Source of the DNA: Planctomycetota bacterium
GTDB taxonomy: Bacteria > Planctomycetota > Planctomycetia > JALXBF01
Length of the DNA stretch: 39,045 bases
Assembly (NCBI GenBank): GCA_026991575.1
Contig: JALXBF010000166.1
Span: forward strand, 1 to 39,045
Reading direction: 5' to 3'
Shown: positions 1 to 9,861 of the stretch, in pieces
How positions within the stretch are numbered: position 1 is the stretch's first letter
Layout: the number at the start of each line of letters is the position of its first letter
Translations under genes and position numbers: made by a program
Notes under the pieces: model-generated
The model's input: only the letters and a program-made list of their open reading frames with translations
Told to the model about the DNA's origin: nothing
The model's database searches: none

Positions 1-910
1 TCTTGTGATTCGGCCGCTTGGAGAAGCCGATCCCTGTGCCTCGACCGTTATGGGCGAGCCACCAGAGCTCACCTTTGAAGCTCCACTGGGCCAGGGTCGA
101 GTCATCGCAGACTTTCTCGAACCACTTGTCCCCTTCGCGCTGAGCCCAACGGCCGTTGCCTGGGTAGCGGATCGAGTGCGGCGAGACCCAGGTCCAGGAC
201 AGAGGGTCGCGGTTGGCCCATTGGGTGCGACGCGGGCCTTGCGGAATCCACTGCATGCTCCCGCGCACCCACTCAGAGAACGCTGCCGTGAATGCTGTGC
301 CATCCACGATGTCGCGCAGCGCGATCGGCTTGTTGAACGCCCAGTCCCAACCGGGCTGGTAGACGATGCCGTTGGTGCGCCAGTTGTTGTAGTACCGCTC
401 CGTGCCGTGGTTGGGCGCGTAGTTTTGAGACGTTGCCTCGGGGATGCGATGATCAAAGTGAGGATCCGATGGGCAGATGAACGTCTCGATCCGGGCCCGG
501 CGGAGCGTTCGGTTTGCGTCACTGCGCCATGCGCGGCTTCGCGGGATCGTGGGCGGTTCACCGTATGCGCGCAGATCAAGGTTGGCGGCGTTGTAGATAT
601 CGGCCCGGTCCAGGTAGGGCAGCAGGAAGACCTTCATGGACCAGTGCTGCTCGCCACCAGCTGCCCAGCGCCTGGAAGCACGGCCGCGGATGGCACGCAT
701 GCCGTCGGGCGGGAAGTAACCATGCGACTGGTGGTAGTTGTGTAGAGCCAGGCCAATCTGTTTTAGGTTGTTTTGACATTGCGCGCGGCGCGCCGCTTCG
801 CGAGCCATCTGCACAGCCGGGAGCAGCAACGCAATGAGCACCGCGATGATCGCGATGACAACCAACAGCTCGATGAGCGTGAACGCTCGTCTCGCGGAGC
901 AACGGGTCAT
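1..910 (-). CDS. DUF1559 family prepilin-type N-terminal cleavage/methylation protein (3' end runs off the window)
   Basis: Absent from the ORF track because it has no stop in the window. Manual minus-strand translation from ATG at 910 gives [60 protein letters not shown]...FICPSD...[13 protein letters not shown], the hallmark DUF1559 motifs. GGAGG RBS at 920-916. Confidence 0.95.
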   Translation of the reverse strand, partial: MTRCSARRAFTLIELLVVIAIIAVLIALLLPAVQMAREAARRAQCQNNLKQIGLALHNYHQSHGYFPPDGMRAIRGRASRRWAAGGEQHWSMKVFLLPYLDRADIYNAANLDLRAYGEPPTIPRSRAWRSDANRTLRRARIETFICPSDPHFDHRIPEATSQNYAPNHGTERYYNNWRTNGIVYQPGWDWAFNKPIALRDIVDGTAFTAAFSEWVRGSMQWIPQGPRRTQWANRDPLSWTWVSPHSIRYPGNGRWAQREGDKWFEKVCDDSTLAQWSFKGELWWLAHNGRGTGIGFSKRPNHK

Positions 911-1242
911 GACAACCTCCCCGGGCAAAGAGCCCGAACAACCTGGAAAAAACGCCATGGACAATCTCTCGGGCGGGCTTCCGCACGCTCGTGCTCGCCC
1001 CGGTCGCGCCAACCGGCGCTGATGGCACGACTGCCGAGGAAAAAGAACACTGCAATGGGCACCAGCCGACAAGCCGGAGCACGCGGCCGGGTGAGATGAG
1101 CGCAACCTGGAATCGCTGACTACGACGCTGCCCACGAACATTGCACGGATCACATCCGCGGCGTTCCCAAAGCCTCGTGGGCGGCTCGTCAGGATAATGA
1201 CCGTGACCCCGCATAAGAGCGAGCCGCCCCATCGGCGCCGAC

Positions 1243-1271
1243 AGTCTACCAACCTCAGGAAGCCGTGTCAA
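1243..1271 (-). promoter_or_regulatory. sigma70-type promoter (TTGACA-17 nt-TAGACT, extended -10 TGn) pointing at the DUF1559 gene
   Basis: The plus strand has TGTCAA at 1266-1271 and AGTCTA at 1243-1248 with an exact 17-nt spacer. TG precedes the -10 box on the minus strand. Confidence 0.7.
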
Positions 1272-1445
1272 GCGCCTAAGTCGCGTTGTTTCGGGGCAAT
1301 GTTGCCGGGCCGGCAATCGCGCGCCGGTCGCTGCTGCGGGCGCTAGCCCGCTGTGGTCGGGTGCGTTTTGCCGGGCCGCGAGCGGTTAGAATTAGCGGAT
1401 GTGATTTGGGTCATAGGCAAGCATGTTTTTTTGCGGAGGTCTGTG

Positions 1446-2393
1446 TTGAGTGTCGCCGCCGAATCAGCTCGGATTGTCAGCCAGCTCATCGACAACATCG
1501 GTCAGGCACTTCTGGGCAAACGGGACGTGATCCGGATGGCGGTCATTGGTTTATTGGCCGACGGACATGTCCTGATCGAGGACGTGCCCGGTGTCGGTAA
1601 GACGCTGCTGGGCCGGGCGCTGGCCCGATCGATTTCGGGCACGTTCCGTCGGATTCAGTTCACGCCTGACCTGCTGCCCAGCGACATTCTGGGGACGAAC
1701 GTGTGGAATGCTCAGTCGGCTACGTTCGTTTTCAAGCCTGGGCCGGTGTTCGCCAACGTCATCCTGGCCGACGAAATCAACCGCACCACGCCGCGCACGC
1801 AGAGTGCGCTGCTGGAGGCAATGAACGACCGACAGGTTTCGATTGACGGCACGACGCACGAGTTGCCCGCGCCGTTTCTGGTCTTCGCCACGCAGAACCC
1901 GTTCGAATTCGAAGGCACGTATCCGCTGCCGGAAAGCCAGCTGGACCGGTTTATGCTCCGGATTCGTGTGGGCTACCCGCCGCGGGACGAGGAGCTGCGG
2001 ATGCTGCGGGAGCATCGTGAGGGCGAGCCGATCGATCGCGTCAGGACGCTGATCAGTCCCGAGGAGGTGCTGCAGTTGCAGCAGCAGGTACGTGCCGTGG
2101 AGGTGCACGATGATCTGGCCGGCTACCTGCTGGATATCGTCCAGGCGACGCGCGAGAACGAGCACCTGTCGGTTGGGGCCAGTCCGCGTGCTGCGCTGAA
2201 CCTGTACCGAGCGGCGCAGGCGGCCGCGTTTGTCGACGGGCGTGACTACGTGACGCCCGATGACATCAAGTCGCTTGCCGTGCCAGTGCTTGCCCACCGG
2301 GTCATCGCATCCTCTCAGCTTTATGGTGCCGGGTCCACGTTTGTTGAGCAAGTGATCCGGGACATTCTCGACAGCGTGCCCGTGCCGGAGTAG
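1446..2393 (+). CDS. moxR: MoxR family AAA+ ATPase
   Basis: Motifs EDVPGVGKT (Walker A), RIQFTPDLLPSD, LADEINR (Walker B), ATQNPFEFEGTYPLPESQLDRF and GASPRA. GGAGGT at 1435-1440 favours a start at GTG 1443 or TTG 1446 over 1353. Confidence 0.95.
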   Translation: MSVAAESARIVSQLIDNIGQALLGKRDVIRMAVIGLLADGHVLIEDVPGVGKTLLGRALARSISGTFRRIQFTPDLLPSDILGTNVWNAQSATFVFKPGPVFANVILADEINRTTPRTQSALLEAMNDRQVSIDGTTHELPAPFLVFATQNPFEFEGTYPLPESQLDRFMLRIRVGYPPRDEELRMLREHREGEPIDRVRTLISPEEVLQLQQQVRAVEVHDDLAGYLLDIVQATRENEHLSVGASPRAALNLYRAAQAAAFVDGRDYVTPDDIKSLAVPVLAHRVIASSQLYGAGSTFVEQVIRDILDSVPVPE

Positions 2394-2427
2394 GCCGCCG
2401 CAGGGCCGGGGGTGAACGCTCGTGGCT

Positions 2428-3672
2428 ATGGCCTCTGAAGCGTACGAAGAACGCTCTGCCAGAGCCGGGCGGCCGTGGTCGTGGCGGATCCGGCCGGAAG
2501 GGTGGCTCTGCGCCTTGCTGTTTGTGTGGGCTCTCTTGGCCAGTGCCGCGTCGCGCGCGAACCTGATGATCCTGCTGGCCGCGTTGGTCTCCGGCATGCT
2601 CGTCGTCGGTGCGGTGGTGCCGCTGTTCGGTGGCCGCTCGTTGAAGCTGCGCGTCGAGCTTCCGGAGCGCGTGTTCGCCGGTCAGCCCACGCTGGTCCAT
2701 GTCGAGCTGCGAAACCTGTCGCGCTGGTGGGGGGCTTCCGGCAAGGGGGTGCGGTTGGCGGTCGAGCCGGCTGCGATCCGGCCGCTGGCGCGCCACTTCT
2801 GGTGGATACCCCCCCGCGGATCGGCCAGCTGGAGCCGCACCGTGGTGTTTGACCGACGTGGCGAATACTTCTGGCTTCCCCCGGTGATTGTCAACACCTA
2901 CCCGTTTGGCTTTGCCGAATACTGCCGTGTCCCTAGCCAACACCAACACCGCCGTCGCCTGGTCGTCTACCCCCCCTTGGGCCAGCTGAACACCCAGTTC
3001 TTCGAGCAAGAACTGGGCGTGCGGCTCACCCAGACCGTGACGACGCCCGATCAGACGTCGCGCGAACAGGAGTTTCGTGGGCTGCGCGAGTATCGCGAGG
3101 GTGACTCTGCCCGCTGGATCCACTGGCCGACGACCGCCCGAAAGGGCACGCTAATGGTGCGTGAATTCGAAATCCCCCAGCACAACCGCATCCTGCTGGT
3201 GCTCGTGCCCTGGTTGGCTCGCGACGGCGATGACGCGGCGCGAAACAACGTGGAAGTGGCGGTCAGCTTGGCGGCAACCGCACTCTACGAGTTGTCGCGG
3301 CGGCCCCATACCCGCGTGGGATTGCTGATCGTGGGCAAACTGCCCCAGGCGTTCGGTCACAGTGGGGAAAACCCATCGCTGGCCATTGCCCTCGAGGCTC
3401 TCGCGCTGTTGAAACCAGTGGCGGAACCGGACTTTCAGGCAGCCGCCGATCTGCTCCGTCGCATTGCCGGACCCGGGGTACAGGTGTCCGTGATCACCAC
3501 GGCTGCCCCACAGGCGATTCCAGGATGCCAGCGGCTGATGACGGGCCGCCCAGGGCACCGTGGCACCTTGCTGCTCAACGTAGCCGACCGCCGCAGCCTG
3601 CTTAGCTACTTTGTGCCCCCGCCGAACTTGCTGTCTACGACGGGTGGAGACGATGAGAATCGCGCGAGTTGA
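2428..3672 (+). CDS. DUF58 domain membrane protein (MoxR-associated)
   Basis: Two N-terminal hydrophobic segments, YPFGF, and the EFRGLREYREGDSARWIHWPTTARKGTLMVREFE DUF58 signature. Lies between MoxR and a transglutaminase gene. Confidence 0.9.
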   Translation: MASEAYEERSARAGRPWSWRIRPEGWLCALLFVWALLASAASRANLMILLAALVSGMLVVGAVVPLFGGRSLKLRVELPERVFAGQPTLVHVELRNLSRWWGASGKGVRLAVEPAAIRPLARHFWWIPPRGSASWSRTVVFDRRGEYFWLPPVIVNTYPFGFAEYCRVPSQHQHRRRLVVYPPLGQLNTQFFEQELGVRLTQTVTTPDQTSREQEFRGLREYREGDSARWIHWPTTARKGTLMVREFEIPQHNRILLVLVPWLARDGDDAARNNVEVAVSLAATALYELSRRPHTRVGLLIVGKLPQAFGHSGENPSLAIALEALALLKPVAEPDFQAAADLLRRIAGPGVQVSVITTAAPQAIPGCQRLMTGRPGHRGTLLLNVADRRSLLSYFVPPPNLLSTTGGDDENRAS

Positions 3673-5851
3673 GCTACTGCGCCTGAGCACCTACGTGCTC
3701 GCTTGCGTCGGCTCGGTCTCGCTCTACCTGGCCGAAGAAGAAGGGATCCTGCCGTACGGCTGGATCGTCGTCATCGCGGCCGTCCTTGCCTACGCGCTCT
3801 GCGACTACCGCGGCTTGATCCGCGTCCCCGATCAGCTTGATGGACTGCTTGCCACACTCGTGCTCGGGTTGCTGGTGTTTGACGCCGGCATCCGGCAGCA
3901 GCCGATCGCTCAAGCCCTCGGACACGTGCTCGTGCTGTTGCAGGTGTTGCTTTTCTTCCACCGCAAGACCGTGCGCACCTACCTGCTGATGGCCGGTATC
4001 AGCCTGCCGCAGATGGCCATAGGAGCGATTGTCAACAACCAGTTCTACTACGGTGTGCTGCTTGCGGTCTACGTCGTCCTTTCGGCCGTCGTGCTTGCCC
4101 AGCTGCATGCCCTCTTTGTGGTCTCCGCAGCACAGCGTCAGGAGGCGCTGCAGGAACCCGTTCGGCTCGCACTGCTCAGCCGGCTGAGCCTCATTGGGCT
4201 ACTGACCGGTGTCGTCGGCGTGGGTTCCTTCCTTCTGATCCCTCGTCAGGGCCGGCCCAACTGGAGCTCGCTGGAGTTCACCAGTGGCGAGAACCTGACC
4301 GGATTCGACGAGGAGGTCACGCTGGGGGACCTGGGCACGATCTTGAAGAACGACAATGAGGTGATGTCCGTCCAGCTTACCGACCAGAATGGCAACCCGT
4401 ACACGCCGCCGGACGAGCCGTTGTGGCGGGGCATCACGCTAACCCACTATGAGAACGGCAAGTGGTCCGCGCCTCAGCAGACACGTACCGGCCGACCACT
4501 GCCGCACCCTGAAGAGCTGCCGAAGGATCGGCCGCTCATCGTCCAGGAGATCACACTCCAGCCAATCCGCACCGACTTCTGTTTCGCCTTCTGGCCCCCC
4601 CTCTATGGCTGGGCGCGAGGGGGCGGCACGATCAACTTCAACTCGTACGGCAACGCGCTGCTGCAGGAAGAGCGCGTCGAGTTGACGCCGTTCGACTACG
4701 TGGTCGTCTCACCCATGGGAGCCGACCTGGGCAAGATTGGCTTTCCCATGACGCGCGCCGAACGTAGGCCGGAAATCTGGAACAGTCTCGTCGGGCTCTC
4801 GCGGGAACTGCGCCAGGAGCTGTCGCAGTACATCGAGGAGAACATCGCGCCGCTGGAAGAACTCCGCAGTCTACCGGTGCAGCAACGGTGCGAACGATTG
4901 ACCGACTACCTGCGCGCCACAGGCGGCTTCACCTACACGCTCGACCAGCAGGTGGTCGATCCGAACGTGGATCCCGTGATCGACTTCCTGCGGAACCGCA
5001 AGGCGGGACACTGCGAGTACTTTGCCTCCGCCCTGGCACTCATGCTCCGTACACTGGACGTTCCCACGAGGATCGTTAACGGGTTCAAGGGGGCCGATAT
5101 CAGCCAGGTGGTGACCCGGTTCTACGTGGTGCGCCAGATGCACGCGCACAGCTGGGTGGAGGCGGCAGTCCCTGACCCGCAGGCCCGACCGACTGGGTAC
5201 CGCTGGATTGTGCTGGACCCAACGCCAGGCGGAGCACGTCGGCAGCAAGTGGCCCAGATCGCCGCACAGCGAGGATTCTGGAAGCGCTTCCGCGACGCAG
5301 CGCGCCAGATCTGGTCGCGCTACATCCTGAACTTCGACTTCTCCGAGCAGCAAGAGCTCATCTATCAGCCGATGCGTGAGCTGGTTGCCACGACCGTCGG
5401 CGGACTGCAGCAGTGGGCAGAACGGCTCCGCAGGGGGGACGGGCAAGCCTGGGTAACGCTAACCGTTACGCTCCTGGCATCAGGGCTATCGCTCACCGGC
5501 TTTGTCTGGTTCGTGCGGCGACGACGGCGCCGTGACGTAACCCGACCGCGGCGTGGCCGACGCGCGCCGGCCCGCTACTACCTGCTCGTGCGTCGCTTCC
5601 TGCGCCTGGCACGCCGCCTCGGGGTACGGCGCCAACCTGCCGACACGATGCTGGAGGTCGCCGTGCGCGTCCAGCAGGCCCTCTCCGAACGCGGCCTCGA
5701 TGCCGACCGTTGCGGCGTCCCGGTTGAGCTGGTCCGCCAGCTCTACCTGCTCCGCTTCCGCCCGGGTACGAACGGCGAGGTCACCGAGCGGGCGAGTCGA
5801 CTGCTGGCTGAGCTGCGTGAACTGGCCCGCCGGCCGCATGCCGCATCCTGA
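3653..5851 (+). CDS. DUF3488/transglutaminase-like membrane protein (TgpA-like)
   Basis: Multi-pass N-terminus, LTGFDEEVTLG, PLWRG, and catalytic-triad motifs GHCEYFASA (Cys), HAHSWVE (His) and LDPTP (Asp), plus a C-terminal TM. ATG 3653 follows GGAG and overlaps the DUF58 gene end. Confidence 0.92.
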   Translation: MRIARVELLRLSTYVLACVGSVSLYLAEEEGILPYGWIVVIAAVLAYALCDYRGLIRVPDQLDGLLATLVLGLLVFDAGIRQQPIAQALGHVLVLLQVLLFFHRKTVRTYLLMAGISLPQMAIGAIVNNQFYYGVLLAVYVVLSAVVLAQLHALFVVSAAQRQEALQEPVRLALLSRLSLIGLLTGVVGVGSFLLIPRQGRPNWSSLEFTSGENLTGFDEEVTLGDLGTILKNDNEVMSVQLTDQNGNPYTPPDEPLWRGITLTHYENGKWSAPQQTRTGRPLPHPEELPKDRPLIVQEITLQPIRTDFCFAFWPPLYGWARGGGTINFNSYGNALLQEERVELTPFDYVVVSPMGADLGKIGFPMTRAERRPEIWNSLVGLSRELRQELSQYIEENIAPLEELRSLPVQQRCERLTDYLRATGGFTYTLDQQVVDPNVDPVIDFLRNRKAGHCEYFASALALMLRTLDVPTRIVNGFKGADISQVVTRFYVVRQMHAHSWVEAAVPDPQARPTGYRWIVLDPTPGGARRQQVAQIAAQRGFWKRFRDAARQIWSRYILNFDFSEQQELIYQPMRELVATTVGGLQQWAERLRRGDGQAWVTLTVTLLASGLSLTGFVWFVRRRRRRDVTRPRRGRRAPARYYLLVRRFLRLARRLGVRRQPADTMLEVAVRVQQALSERGLDADRCGVPVELVRQLYLLRFRPGTNGEVTERASRLLAELRELARRPHAAS

Positions 5852-6032
5852 CGGCGGCACGCGCCCTCTACCTGCGCGGACACACTGCAGTGGGCGCTGC
5901 AGGCATCTCAGCACGCGGCATGCCGTGTGCTGGCGCGTCACGCTACACTTCTTCTGCTGATCTGATCGCCACGAGACGGCCCGCGCGCGTGTGGCCGACT
6001 TGTGCAGACAATCCCTGGGCCGGAGACCCACG

Positions 6033-7079
6033 ATGCTGCGCATAGGCCTCATTGGTTTCAGCGGCTGCGGCAAGACCACCGTCTTCCGGCTGCTGACGGG
6101 AGCCAACCCGGATCCGGCAGCCGTGAGCCGTACGGGACAGGTGGCCGTCATGGAGGTGCCGGACCAGCGGCTGCCGCAACTGCAGCGCGTCTTCGAAGCG
6201 GAGCGGGCGGTGCCGCCGGCGCTGGAACTGCTGGACACGCCGGGCATCGATCCCACGGGCACCCACACCGCCGCTCATACGCTCGGCTTGCTGCGGGCAA
6301 CCGACGGCCTGATCTACGTCGTCCCCCTACGGGGCAACCCGGCCGGCAGGGAGGCGTTCCGGCGACTCTTCGGCCTGGTCTGCGATGCCGACCAGGCAGT
6401 GCTGGAAGGACGGCTGGAGCGGATCGACACGGCGTTGAAGAAGCCCAAGCCGGCAGCCGAGCGCCAGGAGTTGCTCAAAGAAAAGGACGATATCGAGCGG
6501 ATGATCGGTCGTCTACGGCAGCGCGCGGCGGTCGAGCCGGCTGACGCAGCTGCCGCGTTCCGCCGGGGCTATCCGTTGTTGTCGGCCAAGCCGTTCTGTG
6601 TGTTGGTTAACGTGAACGATGACACGGCGTTGGCCGAGGCTGACCGAATCGTGCAGCAGGAGTTTGCCGGTACCGGCACCGTGGTGATCAACGCGGGGCT
6701 TGAGGCGGAGCTGCGCGAGCTCGAGCCGGAGGAGCGAGCGGAGTTCGTCGAATCGTACCAGCTGGATCAGGGGGGGTTACGATCCGAGACATTGCCCCGG
6801 CAGCTCCCGGAACGACTTGGTCTGGTCACGTTCTACACCGGGAACCGCAAGGAGCTGCGCGCGTGGCTGGTGCCCCGCTGTACGACTGCCCTGCGGGCAG
6901 CAGGCCTGATCCACTCGGACATGGAGCGGGGGTTCATCCGGGCCGAAGTCGCCCGCGCCGAGCGGCTCGTGGCGATCGGCTCTGACCGGGAGGCTCACCG
7001 CCAGGGGGCGTATCACAGCGAAGGTAAGGATTACCATGTTCGTGACGGCGACGTGTTGCTGATTCGATTCTCGGTTTGA
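6033..7079 (+). CDS. ychF: YchF/Obg-family NTPase with C-terminal DUF933/TGS domain (divergent)
   Basis: Motifs IGLIGFSGCGKTT (G1), DTPG (G3), LLSAKP..VLVNVND (G4), and the C-terminal AAGLIHSDMERGFIRAEV...EGKDYHVRDGDVLLIRF. ATG 6033 follows GGAG. Confidence 0.85.
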   Translation: MLRIGLIGFSGCGKTTVFRLLTGANPDPAAVSRTGQVAVMEVPDQRLPQLQRVFEAERAVPPALELLDTPGIDPTGTHTAAHTLGLLRATDGLIYVVPLRGNPAGREAFRRLFGLVCDADQAVLEGRLERIDTALKKPKPAAERQELLKEKDDIERMIGRLRQRAAVEPADAAAAFRRGYPLLSAKPFCVLVNVNDDTALAEADRIVQQEFAGTGTVVINAGLEAELRELEPEERAEFVESYQLDQGGLRSETLPRQLPERLGLVTFYTGNRKELRAWLVPRCTTALRAAGLIHSDMERGFIRAEVARAERLVAIGSDREAHRQGAYHSEGKDYHVRDGDVLLIRFSV

Positions 7080-7089
7080 GGCTTGCGGA

Positions 7090-7533
7090 ATGCTTGAGCT
7101 GCTGGCACATTTACTGCGTCGGCTGCGCGACGGGCGTGTACGCGAACGTTGTGGCACGCCGGTCTGGTTCCGGTGTCAGGTTGGCGTGCCTGCCCCGGTT
7201 GATGCCGACCGGTGGCTGGCTTCGTTGATCGAGTTGGCCGTTGGCTGGCTCGGGGCTGAACCGGAGTCGATCGAGGCGGTGCGCGGTACGTGTGAAGGAC
7301 AGCACGCGTGGCTGTGTCGCTTCAGCCAGGGCCAGGCTGCGCTGTTGGTGCTGGCTACCGTGCCCTCGCCGTCGGAGCGCTTTCTGCTATGCGACGCGCT
7401 GGGGCAACACGGCGCGGTGTACCTGGAGGAAGTTCCGGTCGCCGCTGGCTGGACATTGGAGCCGTTGCCTGCAGAGGCCTCTCCGGTCGGCAACAAGTGG
7501 GTGGGACGTGTGGTGGAGGTGATCGGTGGCTAA
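7090..7533 (+). CDS. hypothetical protein (possibly a degenerate Gfo/Idh/MocA C-terminal-like domain)
   Basis: A 147-aa ORF that fills the gap exactly: it starts 10 nt after the ychF-like stop and its stop overlaps the next start by 8 nt. Confidence 0.6.
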   Translation: MLELLAHLLRRLRDGRVRERCGTPVWFRCQVGVPAPVDADRWLASLIELAVGWLGAEPESIEAVRGTCEGQHAWLCRFSQGQAALLVLATVPSPSERFLLCDALGQHGAVYLEEVPVAAGWTLEPLPAEASPVGNKWVGRVVEVIGG

Positions 7534-8665
7534 GTATCGGGTCTTGCTCGTAACCGGTGGACGGACGCACCAGGAGAACTATGCCGCCTCGTTCCGGGCG
7601 GATGCTCGAGCCGAGGTCGTGGCGGTGGCGGACGAGCGAGGGCTGTCGCCGTATCGCCAGAAACACAACCGTGCGCTTGCGGACCAGTTGCGCGTGCCGT
7701 ACATCGAGGGCCTGGAGGAAGCGTTTCGGCGGACGGAACCGGACGTGGTTTCCATTTGTGCCGAACCCCAGCGGCGTGCTCGGGTAATCGCTCGGTGTAT
7801 GGAACTGGGCGCTAAGGCCCTGTATCTGGACAAGTCGTTATGTGCGGAGCTGGAGCGGGCGATCCAGCTGGCCGAGGAGGCCGACCGTCGTCACGTGTTC
7901 ACGCACATGTACACCAACAACACGCAGCCTTGGGCACGGGCGGCGGCCGAGCAGGTGCGTGGTGGTGTGCTGGGCCAAATCCGTGCCGTGCATGCGGACG
8001 CGTTCTTCGCCAAGGGTAAGCCGGGCACTGCGCAGCTGAGTCGACGGCGTGAGCTGTATCCGCCCACGCCCGGTTCCTTCCAGACGCTTATTGCCAAACG
8101 CGAATTGGACAACATCGGCGTTTATCCGTTGATGATGATCACCTGGCTAACTGGCCAGCGTGTGCGCGAGGTGCTGGCTGTGACCGCCAACTATTTCTTC
8201 CGTGAACACCAGCAGGAGAATGTAGAGGATTTTGCTGGCGTGCTCGGCACGTTGAGCTCTGGAGCCGTGTTCTCGATCAGTTGTGGCCGTATCGGATGGA
8301 CCAGCCATCCCGCTGCGGGCACGAACCGAATCACCCTGGTCGGCGACCGAGCCAGTGCTACCTATGACATGAACCGCTGCCGCCTGTACCAGGCTGACGA
8401 TGGCCCGCCGTGGCAGCCGCCGGAGCCGCATCCGGAGGACCCGATGTTCTTCTGGGCGAGCACACAGGAGGCAGCTGGAGTCCGGCCGAAGCGCGTCTGG
8501 CTACCGTTAAACGGCGATCCCGACGCGGACGTCCGCTACTTTCTGGACTGTCTGGACCGGAACCAGCCGAGCGAAATGGATATCCACCGCGCAGCCCATG
8601 CAACCGAGGTGATCTTTGCGTGCTATCGCGCGGCGGCGACCGGGCGCCCGCAGCGTGTCACCTGA
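7526..8665 (+). CDS. Gfo/Idh/MocA family NAD(P)-dependent oxidoreductase
   Basis: Motifs AEVVAVAD, PDVVSIC, YLDKSL (EKP-equivalent), GVLGQIRAVH, ELDNIGVYP and VEDFA, plus a C-terminal EVIFACYRAAATGRP typical of the family. Confidence 0.88.
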   Translation: MAKYRVLLVTGGRTHQENYAASFRADARAEVVAVADERGLSPYRQKHNRALADQLRVPYIEGLEEAFRRTEPDVVSICAEPQRRARVIARCMELGAKALYLDKSLCAELERAIQLAEEADRRHVFTHMYTNNTQPWARAAAEQVRGGVLGQIRAVHADAFFAKGKPGTAQLSRRRELYPPTPGSFQTLIAKRELDNIGVYPLMMITWLTGQRVREVLAVTANYFFREHQQENVEDFAGVLGTLSSGAVFSISCGRIGWTSHPAAGTNRITLVGDRASATYDMNRCRLYQADDGPPWQPPEPHPEDPMFFWASTQEAAGVRPKRVWLPLNGDPDADVRYFLDCLDRNQPSEMDIHRAAHATEVIFACYRAAATGRPQRVT

Positions 8666-8674
8666 GCCGTGAAG

Positions 8675-9709
8675 CTAGAAGTTTCCGTCGCGTACCCAGA
8701 ACTTGGTGGGTTTGTCCCACACGTTGCCGCCTTGCAGGATCCAGTCCGCCACAAGGTCCACCAGTTCGCTGGCAGTCAACTCGGGCGGTCCGAACAGCTC
8801 ATGGCACCGTGAGGCGTCCGATAGGTAGGCGGTCTCGGCTGGGGTTCCGCTAAACCGCGGCTCAACGCCTAGGCGTTGCGCTAGTTGCTCTGCGACGGCA
8901 CGCACGGCGAGTTTCTCGGGGCCGGTCACGTTGAGTATTTCCGGAGGGCTAGCGGCCAGCGAGAACGCACGTAAGGCGACTTCGTTTGCGTAGCGCTGCC
9001 ACACGAAGTTGACGTAACCCATCTGCAGGGGGACCGGTTTACCGGCCAGCAGCATGCGTGCAATGTCGACGGGCACGCCGTAACGCAGGTCGACGGCGTA
9101 GTTGAGCCGGAGGAACACGACCGGCGTGCCGTGCACTTTGGAGACGAAGCGCACCAGCAGCTCGCGTCCACACGCGGCCTCCGCGTACATGCCCAGCGGC
9201 TGGCACGGTGTTTTCTCGTTGGCCCCCGGGCCTGAGACCGGCACCATCGGGTAGACATTGCCCGTGCTGAAGCAGACAATCCGGCTCTGGCGATACCGCT
9301 CGACCAGACTGGCGTGCAGATATGCGTTGCGTCCCCAGAATTCGGCCGGGTCGCGTTCTCCGGCCGCGAACTTGTAGCCCAGCATCAGGACCACTTCACT
9401 GGCCTCGGGCAGGTGGTTGCGTGCCTCGGGGTCAAGCAGGTCGCAGCGGACCGTGCGCACGCCGGCCTGCTCCAGCTCGGTCCGCACCGTTTCGTCGCTG
9501 AACCGCGACACCGCGACGACCTCGTAGTCATCACGGCCTGCTGCGTCGGCGGCGCGCCGGGCCATGCGTGCCAGGCTCGGCCCCATCTTGCCCCCAGCAC
9601 CCAGCAGCACCATGCGGTTGCCCAGCGAGCGCGCAAACGCGACCAACGCCGGACTTGGTCGAGAAAGTGCTTCTTCCAGTTCGGCTTCAGTCCTGGGACA
9701 GCGAATCAT
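8675..9709 (-). CDS. NAD-dependent epimerase/dehydratase family protein
   Basis: Rossmann motif LGAGGKMGPSL, FSTGNVYP, YAEACGRE, RLNYAVDLRYGV and GYVNFVWQ. Confidence 0.9.
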   Translation of the reverse strand: MIRCPRTEAELEEALSRPSPALVAFARSLGNRMVLLGAGGKMGPSLARMARRAADAAGRDDYEVVAVSRFSDETVRTELEQAGVRTVRCDLLDPEARNHLPEASEVVLMLGYKFAAGERDPAEFWGRNAYLHASLVERYRQSRIVCFSTGNVYPMVPVSGPGANEKTPCQPLGMYAEAACGRELLVRFVSKVHGTPVVFLRLNYAVDLRYGVPVDIARMLLAGKPVPLQMGYVNFVWQRYANEVALRAFSLAASPPEILNVTGPEKLAVRAVAEQLAQRLGVEPRFSGTPAETAYLSDASRCHELFGPPELTASELVDLVADWILQGGNVWDKPTKFWVRDGNF

Positions 9710-9861
9710 CGCGGTAATGCTCCCGGTCCTGTCGCGTGAATCTTACCGGGGCAGCGCCGGCCGGACGCCGCGGGTTCAACGTAGGGTAAGGTAGAATGCG
9801 CACGGACTGCTGGCACGGCGTTTGCCTGTCAGCCCGGACCGTATCGAGCGGGAGTCACATC

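Noticed and set aside
5..1316. ORFs 5-745 (+), 514-837 (+), 773-1099 (+) and 576-1316 (-)
   Set aside because: Shadow or alternative frames over the DUF1559 gene and its leader, with no recognisable motifs.
1446..5851. MoxR-DUF58-transglutaminase cluster as a novel system
   Set aside because: A well-known, widespread gene triad.
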